DNA of 32,000 bases from Kineococcus radiotolerans SRS30216 = ATCC BAA-149. GTDB lineage: Bacteria; Actinomycetota; Actinomycetes; Actinomycetales; Kineococcaceae. The stretch lies in NCBI RefSeq assembly GCF_000017305.1, contig NC_009664.2, forward strand, positions 1,560,001 through 1,592,000. The letters run 5' to 3'. Both the position numbers and the translations under genes were made by a program. Positions within the stretch are counted from its first letter, which is position 1. Every line of letters starts with the position of its first letter. Positions 9,335 to 17,473 of this stretch are shown here, one piece after another. The notes beneath the pieces were generated by a model. It searched no databases and was not told the origin of the DNA. It saw only the letters and a list, made by a program, of their open reading frames with translations.

Positions 9335-11044
9335 TCAGCGCACCCGGTCGACGCGGCCGGCGTCCCACACCGGCTCCGGCGTCTCCACCACCCGCCCGTC
9401 CTCGCCGAAGAGCAGGAAGCGGTCGAAGCCGCGGGCGAACCAGCGGTCGTGGGTGACGGCCACGACCGTCCCCTCGAAGGTCCCCAGCGCCTGCTCCAGC
9501 GCCTCGGCGGAGTGCAGGTCGAGGTTGTCGGTGGGTTCGTCCAGCAGCAGCAGCGTCGCCCCGGACAGCTCCAGCAGCAGGATCTGCAGCCGGGCCTGCT
9601 GGCCCCCGGAGAGGTGCTCGAAGCGCTGCTCGGCCGCCTCGGCCAGGCCGTAGCGGTCCAGGGCGCGCGAGGCCGCCTCCCGGTCCAGGCCCGAGCGGTG
9701 GGAGTTGCCCCGGTGCAGGACGTCCAGCAGCGTGCGGCCCACCAGCGCGGGCTGCTCGTGGGTCTGGGCGAACCACCCCGGCCGCACCCGCGCGCCCAGG
9801 CGCACCGACCCGCTGTGGACCACGGGGTCGGGCACGTGCTCGTCGACGGGGCGGTGCTCGGCGTCGGGGTCGGACCCGCCGGCGGCCAACAGCCGCAGGA
9901 AGTGCGACTTGCCCGAGCCGTTGGCGCCCAGGACCGCGACCCGGTCGCCCAGCCACAGCTCGGCGTCGAAGGGGCGCATCAGGCCGGTCAGCTCCAGGCC
10001 CTCCACCACCACCGCCCGCTTGCCCGTGCGCCCGCCCTGCAGGCGCATCCGGACGTCCTGGACGGTGGGCGGGGCCTGCGGGGGGCCGGCCTCCTCGAAC
10101 TTCGCCAGCCGGGTCTGGGCGGCGGAGTAGCGCGAGGCCATGCCGTCGTTGAACTTCGACTTCTCGCGCAGGGTGACCACGAGCGTGCGCAGCTTGACCC
10201 GCTCCTCGTCCCAGCGCCGGCGCAGCTCCTCCAGTCGCTCCCCGCGGGCCTGCCGCGCGGCGCCGTAGCCCGCGAAGGACCCGCCGTGGGTCCACGCGAC
10301 CGCCCCCAGCGGCCCGGGCTCCAGGGTGACGATGCGGTCGGCGGCGGCCGAGAGCAGCTCGCGGTCGTGGCTGACCAGCAGCACCGACTTCGTCGTGGCC
10401 CGCAGCTGCTCCTCCAGCCACCGCTTGCCGGGGACGTCGAGGTAGTTGTCGGGCTCGTCGAGCAGCAGCACGCCCTCCGGACCGCGCAGCAGCGCCTCCA
10501 GGACCAGCCGCTTCTGCTCCCCGCCGGACAGGGTGCGCACCAGCCGGTTGCGGGCGGCCTCGAACGAGACCCCCAGGGCGGCGGCGGTGCACTCGTCCCA
10601 GAGGACCTCCTGCTCGTAGCCGCCGGCGTCGCCGAAGTCGGCCAGCGCCTGGGCGTAGCGCATCTGCGAGCGCTCGGTCCCGTCCTCGACCATCGCCGCC
10701 TCGGCGGTCTCCACCGCCGCGAAGGCCGCCCGCAGGGGTGCGGGGGCCACCGAGACGAGGAGCTCGGCCACCGAGGTGTCGTCGCGCACCGAGCCGACGA
10801 ACTGGCGCATGACGCCGAGCCCGCCGCTGCGCGCGACCGCCCCCTCCTGCACCGGCTCGTCCCCGGCGATCAGCCGCAGCAGCGTGGTCTTGCCGGTGCC
10901 GTTGGGCCCGATCAGCGCGGTCGTGGACCCGTCGGCGACGCGGAAGGACACCTCGTGCAGCAGCGGCCGCCCGTCGGGGAGCTCGTGGCTGAGCCCCGAG
11001 ACGTCGACGTGCCCACCGTTGCCACCGTTCGCAGTTCCCGCCAC
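9335..11044 (-). CDS. ABC-F family ATPase (two tandem ABC domains, no transmembrane domain)
   Basis: 569 aa. Two Walker A motifs (GPNGTGKTT, GANGSGKSH), two signature motifs (LSGGEQKR, LSGGQQAR) and two Walker B motifs (LLLDEPDNYLD, LLLDEPTDNLD). An inter-domain linker is rich in R, E and K. Confidence 0.85.
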   Translation of the reverse strand: MAGTANGGNGGHVDVSGLSHELPDGRPLLHEVSFRVADGSTTALIGPNGTGKTTLLRLIAGDEPVQEGAVARSGGLGVMRQFVGSVRDDTSVAELLVSVAPAPLRAAFAAVETAEAAMVEDGTERSQMRYAQALADFGDAGGYEQEVLWDECTAAALGVSFEAARNRLVRTLSGGEQKRLVLEALLRGPEGVLLLDEPDNYLDVPGKRWLEEQLRATTKSVLLVSHDRELLSAAADRIVTLEPGPLGAVAWTHGGSFAGYGAARQARGERLEELRRRWDEERVKLRTLVVTLREKSKFNDGMASRYSAAQTRLAKFEEAGPPQAPPTVQDVRMRLQGGRTGKRAVVVEGLELTGLMRPFDAELWLGDRVAVLGANGSGKSHFLRLLAAGGSDPDAEHRPVDEHVPDPVVHSGSVRLGARVRPGWFAQTHEQPALVGRTLLDVLHRGNSHRSGLDREAASRALDRYGLAEAAEQRFEHLSGGQQARLQILLLELSGATLLLLDEPTDNLDLHSAEALEQALGTFEGTVVAVTHDRWFARGFDRFLLFGEDGRVVETPEPVWDAGRVDRVR

Positions 11045-11069
11045 GGGCAGCCAGTGTGCCGTGCCCGGG

Positions 11070-11576
11070 TCAGTCCTCGCCGCCCGTTTCCGCGCGGGCG
11101 GTGTGCTGGTGCGACAGCGTGCAGCTGGTGGTGTCGGCGTCGGCCCACTCCCCCGCGACCTCGATCACCGCGATGCCGCCGGTGCGCAGCTGGACGACCT
11201 CGCCGGTGAGGGCCTCCACGAGCGCACTGGCGCCGGGGTTGTGGGCGACGAGGACCACCGTGGAGTCCGGGCGCTCGGTGTCCAGGCCGCGCACGATGCG
11301 CAGCATGTCCCCGAGGGAGGCCTCGTAGAGGCGTTCCTCGTCGACCACGACGGGGGTCCTGCCCCAGCCGTCGAGCAGCCGGGCGGTGGTCTCCTCGGTG
11401 CGGCGGGCCGGGGAGGTCAGCAGCAGGTCGCAGCCGCCGACGTTCTGCGCCAGCCAGCGGCCGGCCGCGGCGGCGTCCGCCCTCCCGCGGTCGGCGAGGG
11501 GTCGGGCGATGTCCTGGAGTCCTACCGGCGAATCGGCCTTGGCGTGGCGGACGACGACGAGCGTGGGCACGTCCAC
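11070..11576 (-). CDS. histidine phosphatase superfamily protein, SixA-like
   Basis: 168 aa with LVVVRHAKA (RHx catalytic motif), LTSPARRTEETT and VVLVAHNPG, arranged as in SixA-type phosphohistidine phosphatases. Confidence 0.65.
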   Translation of the reverse strand: MDVPTLVVVRHAKADSPVGLQDIARPLADRGRADAAAAGRWLAQNVGGCDLLLTSPARRTEETTARLLDGWGRTPVVVDEERLYEASLGDMLRIVRGLDTERPDSTVVLVAHNPGASALVEALTGEVVQLRTGGIAVIEVAGEWADADTTSCTLSHQHTARAETGGED

Positions 11577-11631
11577 CAGCCTGCCGCACGCGCGTGGCGA
11601 CCCGTGCCCGGGGCCACCGGGAGGCGGGCGG

Positions 11632-12525
11632 TCAGGGCAGGGTGCGTACGGCGCGGGCCTCGCGGGCCCGGGCGGCCAGCGCGTCGTCGGCGGGGTAGAC
11701 GACCTCCTCGAGGGTCAGCCCCTGCGGCCCGACCACCGCGACGGCCGGGTCGCGCACAGCGGCGTCCTGGACCACCCGGGGCCAGTCCACGTCGCGCCGG
11801 CCGTCGCCGACGGCCAGCACCGCGCCGACGAGGGCCCGGACCATGGAGTGGCAGAAGGCGTCGGCCTGCACGTCCGCGACCAGCAGCCCGTCCTCGTCGC
11901 GGCGCCAGGAGTACGCCAGCAGCGTGCGCACCGTGCTCGCCCCCTCGCGGGGCCGGCAGAACGCGGCGAACTCGCGCAGCCCCACCAGGCTGCCCGCGGC
12001 GAGGTCCATGGCGGCGGCGTCCAGGGGACGGCGGTGGTGCAGCACGTCGAACCGGCGCAGCGGGGGGACGCCGGCGGGGTCGTCGCACACCCGGTAGGCG
12101 TAGCGGCGGCGCAGGGCGCCGAAGCGGGCGTCGAAGCCGGGCGGGGCCGGCCGGGCCCCGTGGACCCGGACGTCGGGCGGCAGGACCCCGGCCAGGCGGC
12201 GCACGAGGGCCGCGGCGGGCGGGGCGTCGGAGCGGCCCGGGAGGGCCTCCCAGACCGCCCGGGGGAGGTCGGCGTGGGCCACCTGCCCGCTGGCGTGCAC
12301 CCCGGCGTCGGTGCGGCCCGCGACGGTCAGCCGGGGAGCGGGGTCCAGGCGCAGCACCCGCCCGAGCGCGGCCGTGAGCACGCCCTGCACGGTGCGCAGC
12401 CCGGGCTGCTCGGCCCACCCCGCGAACCCCGTCCCGTCGTAGCCGAGGTCGAGGCGGACGCGGACGAGCCCGCCCTCCCCGGGAGCGGGGAGGACGGGCT
12501 CGTCGTGGAGGAGGGAGGCGCTCAG
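11632..12525 (-). CDS. truA: tRNA pseudouridine(38-40) synthase
   Basis: Contains the catalytic motif GRTDAGVHA. The conserved N-terminal strand [30 protein letters not shown] is encoded in frame upstream of the first canonical start (GTG 12390). The 5' end is therefore placed at CTG 12525; see the finding. Confidence 0.8.
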   Translation of the reverse strand: MSASLLHDEPVLPAPGEGGLVRVRLDLGYDGTGFAGWAEQPGLRTVQGVLTAALGRVLRLDPAPRLTVAGRTDAGVHASGQVAHADLPRAVWEALPGRSDAPPAAALVRRLAGVLPPDVRVHGARPAPPGFDARFGALRRRYAYRVCDDPAGVPPLRRFDVLHHRRPLDAAAMDLAAGSLVGLREFAAFCRPREGASTVRTLLAYSWRRDEDGLLVADVQADAFCHSMVRALVGAVLAVGDGRRDVDWPRVVQDAAVRDPAVAVVGPQGLTLEEVVYPADDALAARAREARAVRTLP

Positions 12526-13130
12526 GCCTGGTCCTTCTTCTCGTCCGAGGGGTCGACCTCGGCGGCGTCGACCTCGACGCCCTCGTCCGCGGTCGCCGGG
12601 GCGTCCGCGTCGGGGAGGGTGTCGGGCTGCTCCACGCCGCCGGCCTCGACCTGCGCGGCGTCGGTGGACTCGGCCGCGGGGGCCTCGTCACCGACGACGA
12701 CCTCGTCGGCGGCCGGGGCGGAGACCGCCGCGGCGCGCTCGGCCTCGCGGACGACACCCTGCTTGGCGCTCACCGGCTCCATGACGAGCTGGATGACGGC
12801 CATGGGGGCGTTGTCGCCCTTGCGGGGACCGATCTTGACGATGCGGGTGTAACCGCCGTTGCGCTCGGCCATCGCGGGGCCGATCTCGGTGAAGAGGAAG
12901 TGCACGACGGACTTGTCGCGGATCGTCTTCATCACCTGGCGGCGCGAGGCGAGGTCGCCCTTCTTGGCGAAGCTGATGAGCTTCTCCGCGTGGGGGCGCA
13001 GGCGCTTGGCCTTGGCCTCGGTGGTGGTGATGCTGCGGTGTTCGAAGAGCGCAGTCGCCAGGTTGGCGAGGATGAGCTTCTCGTGGGCCGGCCCGCCGCC
13101 GAGCCGCGGACCCTTGGTGGGGGTGGGCAT
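12522..13130 (-). CDS. rplQ: 50S ribosomal protein L17 with long acidic C-terminal tail
   Basis: 202 aa. [24 protein letters not shown]...GGYTRI is the L17 core, followed by an 86-aa tail rich in D, E, A and V. Confidence 0.95.
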   Translation of the reverse strand: MPTPTKGPRLGGGPAHEKLILANLATALFEHRSITTTEAKAKRLRPHAEKLISFAKKGDLASRRQVMKTIRDKSVVHFLFTEIGPAMAERNGGYTRIVKIGPRKGDNAPMAVIQLVMEPVSAKQGVVREAERAAAVSAPAADEVVVGDEAPAAESTDAAQVEAGGVEQPDTLPDADAPATADEGVEVDAAEVDPSDEKKDQA

Positions 13131-13159
13131 GTTGTTGTCTCCTCGTTAGGACACGCGTG

Positions 13160-13191
13160 GCTCCTCCCCCCGCGTCAGCGGGGGGAGGAGC
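13160..13191 (-). terminator. perfect 14-bp stem-loop between rpoA and rplQ (attenuator candidate)
   Basis: The mRNA reads GCUCCUCCCCCCGC-UGAC-GCGGGGGGAGGAGC, checked base by base. It lies between the rpoA stop (13201) and the rplQ SD. Confidence 0.4.
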
Positions 13192-13200
13192 TGCGGACGG

Positions 13201-14214
13201 TCAGAGCTGCTCGTCCTCGGCGAACGACGTGTCGTCGTCCTCGAAGTCGTTGACGACGGCGCTCGGGTCGAACCCGGGCGGGGAGTCCTTGAGGTGCAGG
13301 CCCATGCCGACCAGCTTGGCCTTCACCTCGTCGATGGACTTCTGCCCGAAGTTGCGGATGTCGAGCAGGTCGGCCTCGCTGCGCGAGACCAGCTCCCCGA
13401 CGGAGTGGATGCCCTCGCGCTTGAGGCAGTTGTAGGACCGGACGGTGAGGTCCAGCGCCTCGATCTCGAGGGCGAGGTCCGCCGCGAGCGCGGCGTCGGT
13501 CGGCGAGGGGCCCATGTCGATGCCCTCGGCCTCGACGTTGAGCTCACGGGCCAGGCCGAACAGCTCGGTCAGCGTCTTGCCGGCCGAGGCGACGGCGTCG
13601 CGCGGGCTGATGGCGTGCTTGGTCTCGACGTCGACGACGAGGCGGTCGAAGTCGGTCCGCTGCTCGACGCGGGTGGCCTCGACCTTGTACGTCACCTTCA
13701 GGACCGGGGAGTAGATGGAGTCGACCGGGATGCGGCCGATCTCCTGCTCACCGGTCTTGTTCTGCGCCGCCGAGACGTAGCCGCGGCCGCGTTCGACCGT
13801 CAGCTCCAGCTCGAGCTTGCCCTTGGCGTTGAGCGTCGCGATGTGCAGGTCGGGGTTGTGGACCTCGACCCCCGCGGGCGGGGCGATGTCGGCCGCGGTG
13901 ACCGCGCCCGGGCCCTGCTTGCGCAGGTACATCACGACGGGTTCGTCGTGCTCGGAGGAGACGACGAGGTTCTTGACGTTGAGGACGATCTCGGTGACGT
14001 CCTCCTTCACCCCCGGCACGGACGTGAACTCGTGGAGCACGCCGTCGATGCGCAGGCTCGTCACCGCGGCGCCCGGGATGGACGACAGCAGGGTCCGGCG
14101 CAGCGAGTTGCCGAGGGTGTACCCGAAGCCGGGCTCGAGGGGCTCGATGACGAAGCGCGAGCGGTACTCGTCGACGACGTCCTCGGTGAGGGTGGGGCGC
14201 TGTGCGATCAGCAC
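13201..14214 (-). CDS. rpoA: DNA-directed RNA polymerase subunit alpha
   Basis: (V)[39 protein letters not shown]. The start was trimmed to GTG 14214, with GAAGGA upstream. Confidence 0.97.
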   Translation of the reverse strand: MLIAQRPTLTEDVVDEYRSRFVIEPLEPGFGYTLGNSLRRTLLSSIPGAAVTSLRIDGVLHEFTSVPGVKEDVTEIVLNVKNLVVSSEHDEPVVMYLRKQGPGAVTAADIAPPAGVEVHNPDLHIATLNAKGKLELELTVERGRGYVSAAQNKTGEQEIGRIPVDSIYSPVLKVTYKVEATRVEQRTDFDRLVVDVETKHAISPRDAVASAGKTLTELFGLARELNVEAEGIDMGPSPTDAALAADLALEIEALDLTVRSYNCLKREGIHSVGELVSRSEADLLDIRNFGQKSIDEVKAKLVGMGLHLKDSPPGFDPSAVVNDFEDDDTSFAEDEQL

Positions 14215-14320
14215 GGAGGTTCCTTCCCGCGGGCGTCCGCCATATGACGCCCCGCACGCCCGTCGGCATCGGTCCACCGACGGGGTCTGGCTCGATCGAA
14301 GTACTGGTTCCGATCAGGAG

Positions 14321-14356
14321 GGTCCTGACGCCCACCCGGGGGTGGGCGTCGGGACC
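14321..14356 (-). terminator. long stem-loop between rpsK and rpoA (attenuator candidate)
   Basis: A 10-bp perfect inner stem (GACGCCCACC/GGTGGGCGTC) plus 5 outer bp across one mismatch. It starts 11 nt after the rpsK stop. Confidence 0.35.
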
Positions 14357-14366
14357 GCACCCCGAG

Positions 14367-14774
14367 TCAGACGCGCCGACGCTTGGGCGGCCGGCAGCCG
14401 TTGTGCGGGCTGGGGGTGACGTCCTGGATCGCGCCGACCTCGAGGCCGGTGGCCTGGAGGGAGCGGATCGCGGTCTCGCGGCCGGAGCCCGGCCCCTTGA
14501 CGAAGACGTCGACCTTGCGCATGCCGTGCTCCTGCGCACGGCGGGCGGCCGCCTCGGCGGCCATCTGCGCGGCGAACGGGGTCGACTTGCGGGACCCCTT
14601 GAAGCCGACCTGGCCGGCCGAGGCCCACGCGATGACCGCGCCGGTCGGGTCGGTGATCGAGACGATCGTGTTGTTGAACGTCGACTTGATGTGCGCGTGA
14701 CCGTGCGCGACGTTCTTCTTCTCCTTGCGACGCGGCTTGCGCGACGCCGTGGCCGTACGGCTCTTGGGAGGCAT
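14367..14774 (-). CDS. rpsK: 30S ribosomal protein S11
   Basis: 135 aa with [19 protein letters not shown]...[14 protein letters not shown]. Confidence 0.97.
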   Translation of the reverse strand: MPPKSRTATASRKPRRKEKKNVAHGHAHIKSTFNNTIVSITDPTGAVIAWASAGQVGFKGSRKSTPFAAQMAAEAAARRAQEHGMRKVDVFVKGPGSGRETAIRSLQATGLEVGAIQDVTPSPHNGCRPPKRRRV

Positions 14775-14875
14775 GCTCTCCGGACTCCTGGTGGACTGCG
14801 ACGACTGGCTTCGAGGGCGAACCGGTGGGTTCGCGAGGCGACCCGCGGGCGGACCGCACCGTCACGACGTGACGG

Positions 14876-15256
14876 TTACTTGCGACCGGCCTTCTTCTTG
14901 CCGGCCACGGTGCGCTTCGGGCCCTTGCGGGTGCGCGCGTTGGTCTTGGTGCGCTGACCGCGCACGGGCAGACCGCGGCGGTGGCGAAGACCCTGGTAGG
15001 TGCCGATCTCGACCTTGCGGCGGATGTCGGCGGCCACTTCGCGTCGGAGGTCACCCTCGACGCGGTAGTTGCCCTCGATGTGGTCGCGGAGCGCGACCAG
15101 GTCGTCGTCCGAGAGGTCGCGGACGCGCAGGTCCGGGCTGACGCCCGTGGCTGCGAGCGTTTCCTTGGCGCGGGTGCGCCCGACGCCGAAGATGTACGTG
15201 AGCGCGATCTCCAGCCGCTTCTCGCGGGGGAGGTCGACGCCGACGAGACGTGCCAT
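14876..15256 (-). CDS. rpsM: 30S ribosomal protein S13
   Basis: [26 protein letters not shown]. The start was trimmed to ATG 15256. Confidence 0.97.
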   Translation of the reverse strand: MARLVGVDLPREKRLEIALTYIFGVGRTRAKETLAATGVSPDLRVRDLSDDDLVALRDHIEGNYRVEGDLRREVAADIRRKVEIGTYQGLRHRRGLPVRGQRTKTNARTRKGPKRTVAGKKKAGRK

Positions 15257-15451
15257 GCGTGGTGTCCCTGTTCTGTCGCGGAGGTCTGCCGCAGGACCGT
15301 CCCGCCGTCTCGAGCGGGTCCCCGGCCTCCGGGCCGGGGGTGTCACCTGCCGCGTCGTGCGGTGCGGCCGGTGGGTCCTGCGATGGGTGCCACCGGCTGC
15401 GTTCCGGTGGCGGGTCCAGCGGTGGATCGTCTGCTGAGCCTGAGCCTGAGC

Positions 15452-15565
15452 TCAGCCCTGGCGCTGCTTGTGGCGCAGGTTCTCGCAGATGATCATGACT
15501 CGCCCGTGACGGCGGATCACCTTGCACTTGTCGCAGATCTTCTTGACGCTCGGCTTGACCTTCAT
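15452..15565 (-). CDS. rpmJ: 50S ribosomal protein L36 (zinc-ribbon form)
   Basis: Too short for the ORF track. Hand translation gives [42 protein letters not shown] lies 5 nt upstream of the ATG. Confidence 0.9.
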   Translation of the reverse strand: MKVKPSVKKICDKCKVIRRHGRVMIICENLRHKQRQG

Positions 15566-15626
15566 CGTGTCTCCGGTCGTGCAGACCCCACCCACGCGGG
15601 GTGGTGGCCGGCGGCCAGTGGGTTGG

Positions 15627-15848
15627 TCACTTGTAGCGGTAGACGATGCGCCCGCGGGACAGGTCGTACGGGCTGAGCTCGACGACCACCCGGTCCTCGG
15701 GGAGGATGCGGATGTAGTGCTGCCGCATCTTCCCGGAGATGTGGGCGAGCACCTTGTGACCGTTGCTGAGCTCCACGCGGAACATCGCGTTCGGCAGGGC
15801 TTCGATCACGGTGCCTTCGATCTCGATGACGCCGTCCTTCTTCGGCAT
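15627..15848 (-). CDS. infA: translation initiation factor IF-1
   Basis: [73 protein letters not shown] (73 aa). GGAGGA lies just upstream of ATG 15848. The track ORF carries a spurious N-terminal extension. Confidence 0.97.
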   Translation of the reverse strand: MPKKDGVIEIEGTVIEALPNAMFRVELSNGHKVLAHISGKMRQHYIRILPEDRVVVELSPYDLSRGRIVYRYK

Positions 15849-16082
15849 GTCCTCCGCTTTTCCATCAAGTGTCGGTTCGGTGTCAGCCCGGTCCCCCCCA
15901 GCGGAAGCGCTCGGGAGGAGGCATGGCGGACCGACGGTCAAGCTTACGGGACGGCGCGCCCCAGGCGAAATCGAGCGATCATGCCGCTGAAGACGCCTGC
16001 GGCGCAACCGAAGACGCGACCTCCGGCGCTGCGCGCCGGCTCCACCGAGCGCGGGGGTCGGCCCCGCCGCCCGCGCGGGGGC

Positions 16083-16895
16083 TCACTCGGAGGGGACGCG
16101 GACCCCGCGGGCGCCGAGCTCGGCCGCCCCGCCGTCGGGGGCGGTGAGCACCCACAGGCCCTCCTCGAGGACCGCGACGGTGTGCTCCCAGTGCGCGGCG
16201 CGGGTGCCGTCGGAGGTCACGACGGTCCACTCGTCGGCCAGCACGTCGGTGTCGACCCCGCCGCGGGTGCACATCGGCTCGATGGCCAGGACCATCCCCG
16301 GGCGCACCTTGGGGCCCTTGTCGCGGTCGCGGTGGTTGAGGACGTCGGGCGCCATGTGCATGGCGGTGCCGATGCCGTGACCGGTGTAGCCGTCCACGAT
16401 CCCCAGCCGGCCGCCCACGGCGTCCTCCACGGCCGCGCCGACGTCGCCGACCCTCCCCCGCGCGTCGAGCGCGGCGATGCCCGCCCAGAGCGCCTGGCGG
16501 GTGGTCTCCACCAGCTCCACGTCCCCGGGCTCCCGCGGCTCCCCCACGATCGCGGTGAAGGCGGAGTCGCCGTGCCAGCCGTCGACGACCGCCCCGCCGT
16601 CCACGGAGACCACGTCGCCCTCCTCGAGCGGGCGGTCGCCGGGGATGCCGTGCACGACGACCTCGTTGACCGAGATGCACAGCGTGGCCGGGTAGCCGTG
16701 ATAGCCCAGGAAGTTCGACGTGCCACCGCCGGCGCGGATGACCTCGGCGCCGACGGCGTCGAGCTCCGCCGGGGTGATGCCGGGGCGCAGGGCGGCCCGC
16801 ACGCTCTCCAGGGCCGCGTGCGTCAGCAGCCCCGCCTCGCGCATCTTCAGGATCTGCTCGGGGGTCTTCAGCTCGACCCGTTCACGTCCGAACAC
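16083..16895 (-). CDS. map: type I methionine aminopeptidase
   Basis: 270 aa. The body resembles type I MetAP and includes segments typical of the family's metal-binding regions (VVSVDGG, GYTGHGIG, LAIEP, WEHT). GTG start lies 2 nt after the adk stop. Confidence 0.93.
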   Translation of the reverse strand: MFGRERVELKTPEQILKMREAGLLTHAALESVRAALRPGITPAELDAVGAEVIRAGGGTSNFLGYHGYPATLCISVNEVVVHGIPGDRPLEEGDVVSVDGGAVVDGWHGDSAFTAIVGEPREPGDVELVETTRQALWAGIAALDARGRVGDVGAAVEDAVGGRLGIVDGYTGHGIGTAMHMAPDVLNHRDRDKGPKVRPGMVLAIEPMCTRGGVDTDVLADEWTVVTSDGTRAAHWEHTVAVLEEGLWVLTAPDGGAAELGARGVRVPSE

Positions 16896-16897
16896 CG

Positions 16898-17473
16898 TCA
16901 GGCGGTCTGGAGGCCGAGGGCCGACACCAGCCGCGAGGTGACCTCGGGGATGTCGCCGAGGCCGTCCACGCTGCGCAGCAGGCCGCGGTCGGAGTAGACC
17001 TCGACCAGCGGGGCGGTCTGCTCGGCGTAGACCTGCTGGCGCGTGCGGATCACCTCTTCGGTGTCGTCGCTGCGCCCCTGCTCCACGGCCCGCTTGGCGA
17101 GGCGCCGGACCAGCTCGTCGGTGTCGGCGGCGATCTCGAGCACGTGCTCGAGCTTGGCCCCGACGTCGGCCAGCATGTCGTCCAGCTCGCGGACCTGGTC
17201 GGTGGTGCGCGGGTAGCCGTCGAGGATGAAGCCCTCGGCGGCGTCGGGCTGGGCGAGGCGCTCGCGGACCATCTGGTTGGTCACCGCGTCGGGGACGTAC
17301 TTGCCCGCGTTGAGGTACTCCTGGACGGTCCGGCCCAGTTCGGTGCCCTCCGCGACGTTGGCCCGGAAGATGTCGCCGGTGGAGATGGCGGGCACGCCCA
17401 GGCGGTCGGACAGGAGCTTGGCCTGGGTGCCCTTGCCCGCACCGGGCGGACCGAGGAGGACGAGACGAGTCAT
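16898..17473 (-). CDS. adk: adenylate kinase
   Basis: MTRLVLLGPPGAGKGTQAKLLS... (191 aa). ATG 17473 forms an ATGA overlap with the secY stop. The upstream part of the 664-aa track ORF is an out-of-frame read through secY. Confidence 0.95.
   Translation of the reverse strand: MTRLVLLGPPGAGKGTQAKLLSDRLGVPAISTGDIFRANVAEGTELGRTVQEYLNAGKYVPDAVTNQMVRERLAQPDAAEGFILDGYPRTTDQVRELDDMLADVGAKLEHVLEIAADTDELVRRLAKRAVEQGRSDDTEEVIRTRQQVYAEQTAPLVEVYSDRGLLRSVDGLGDIPEVTSRLVSALGLQTA

Noticed and set aside
8964-12757. Large ORFs at 8964..10592(-), 9449..11209(+), 10776..12377(+) and 11522..12757(-)
   Set aside because: All overlap the well-supported ABC-F, SixA-like, truA and rplQ frames. They translate to Arg/Pro/Gly-rich low-complexity strings and are GC artefacts.
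14215-14366. Missing rpsD between rpsK and rpoA as a deletion or rearrangement
   Set aside because: Several actinobacterial lineages (for example Streptomyces) keep rpsD elsewhere in the genome, so this is a lineage-typical arrangement rather than an anomaly. No pseudogene remnant is visible in the 152-bp spacer.
15431-15460. (CTGAGC)x3 micro-repeat and CTGAGCTCAG palindrome at the rpmJ stop as a repeat element
   Set aside because: It is too short, is a single locus, and is partly coding (the rpmJ C-terminus and stop). It has no loop for a hairpin and is most likely chance low-complexity sequence.
15849-16007. 126-aa extended infA ORF
   Set aside because: IF-1 is a conserved protein of about 72 aa. 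The ATG at 15848 has a GGAGGA just upstream, and the extension has no coding-like composition.
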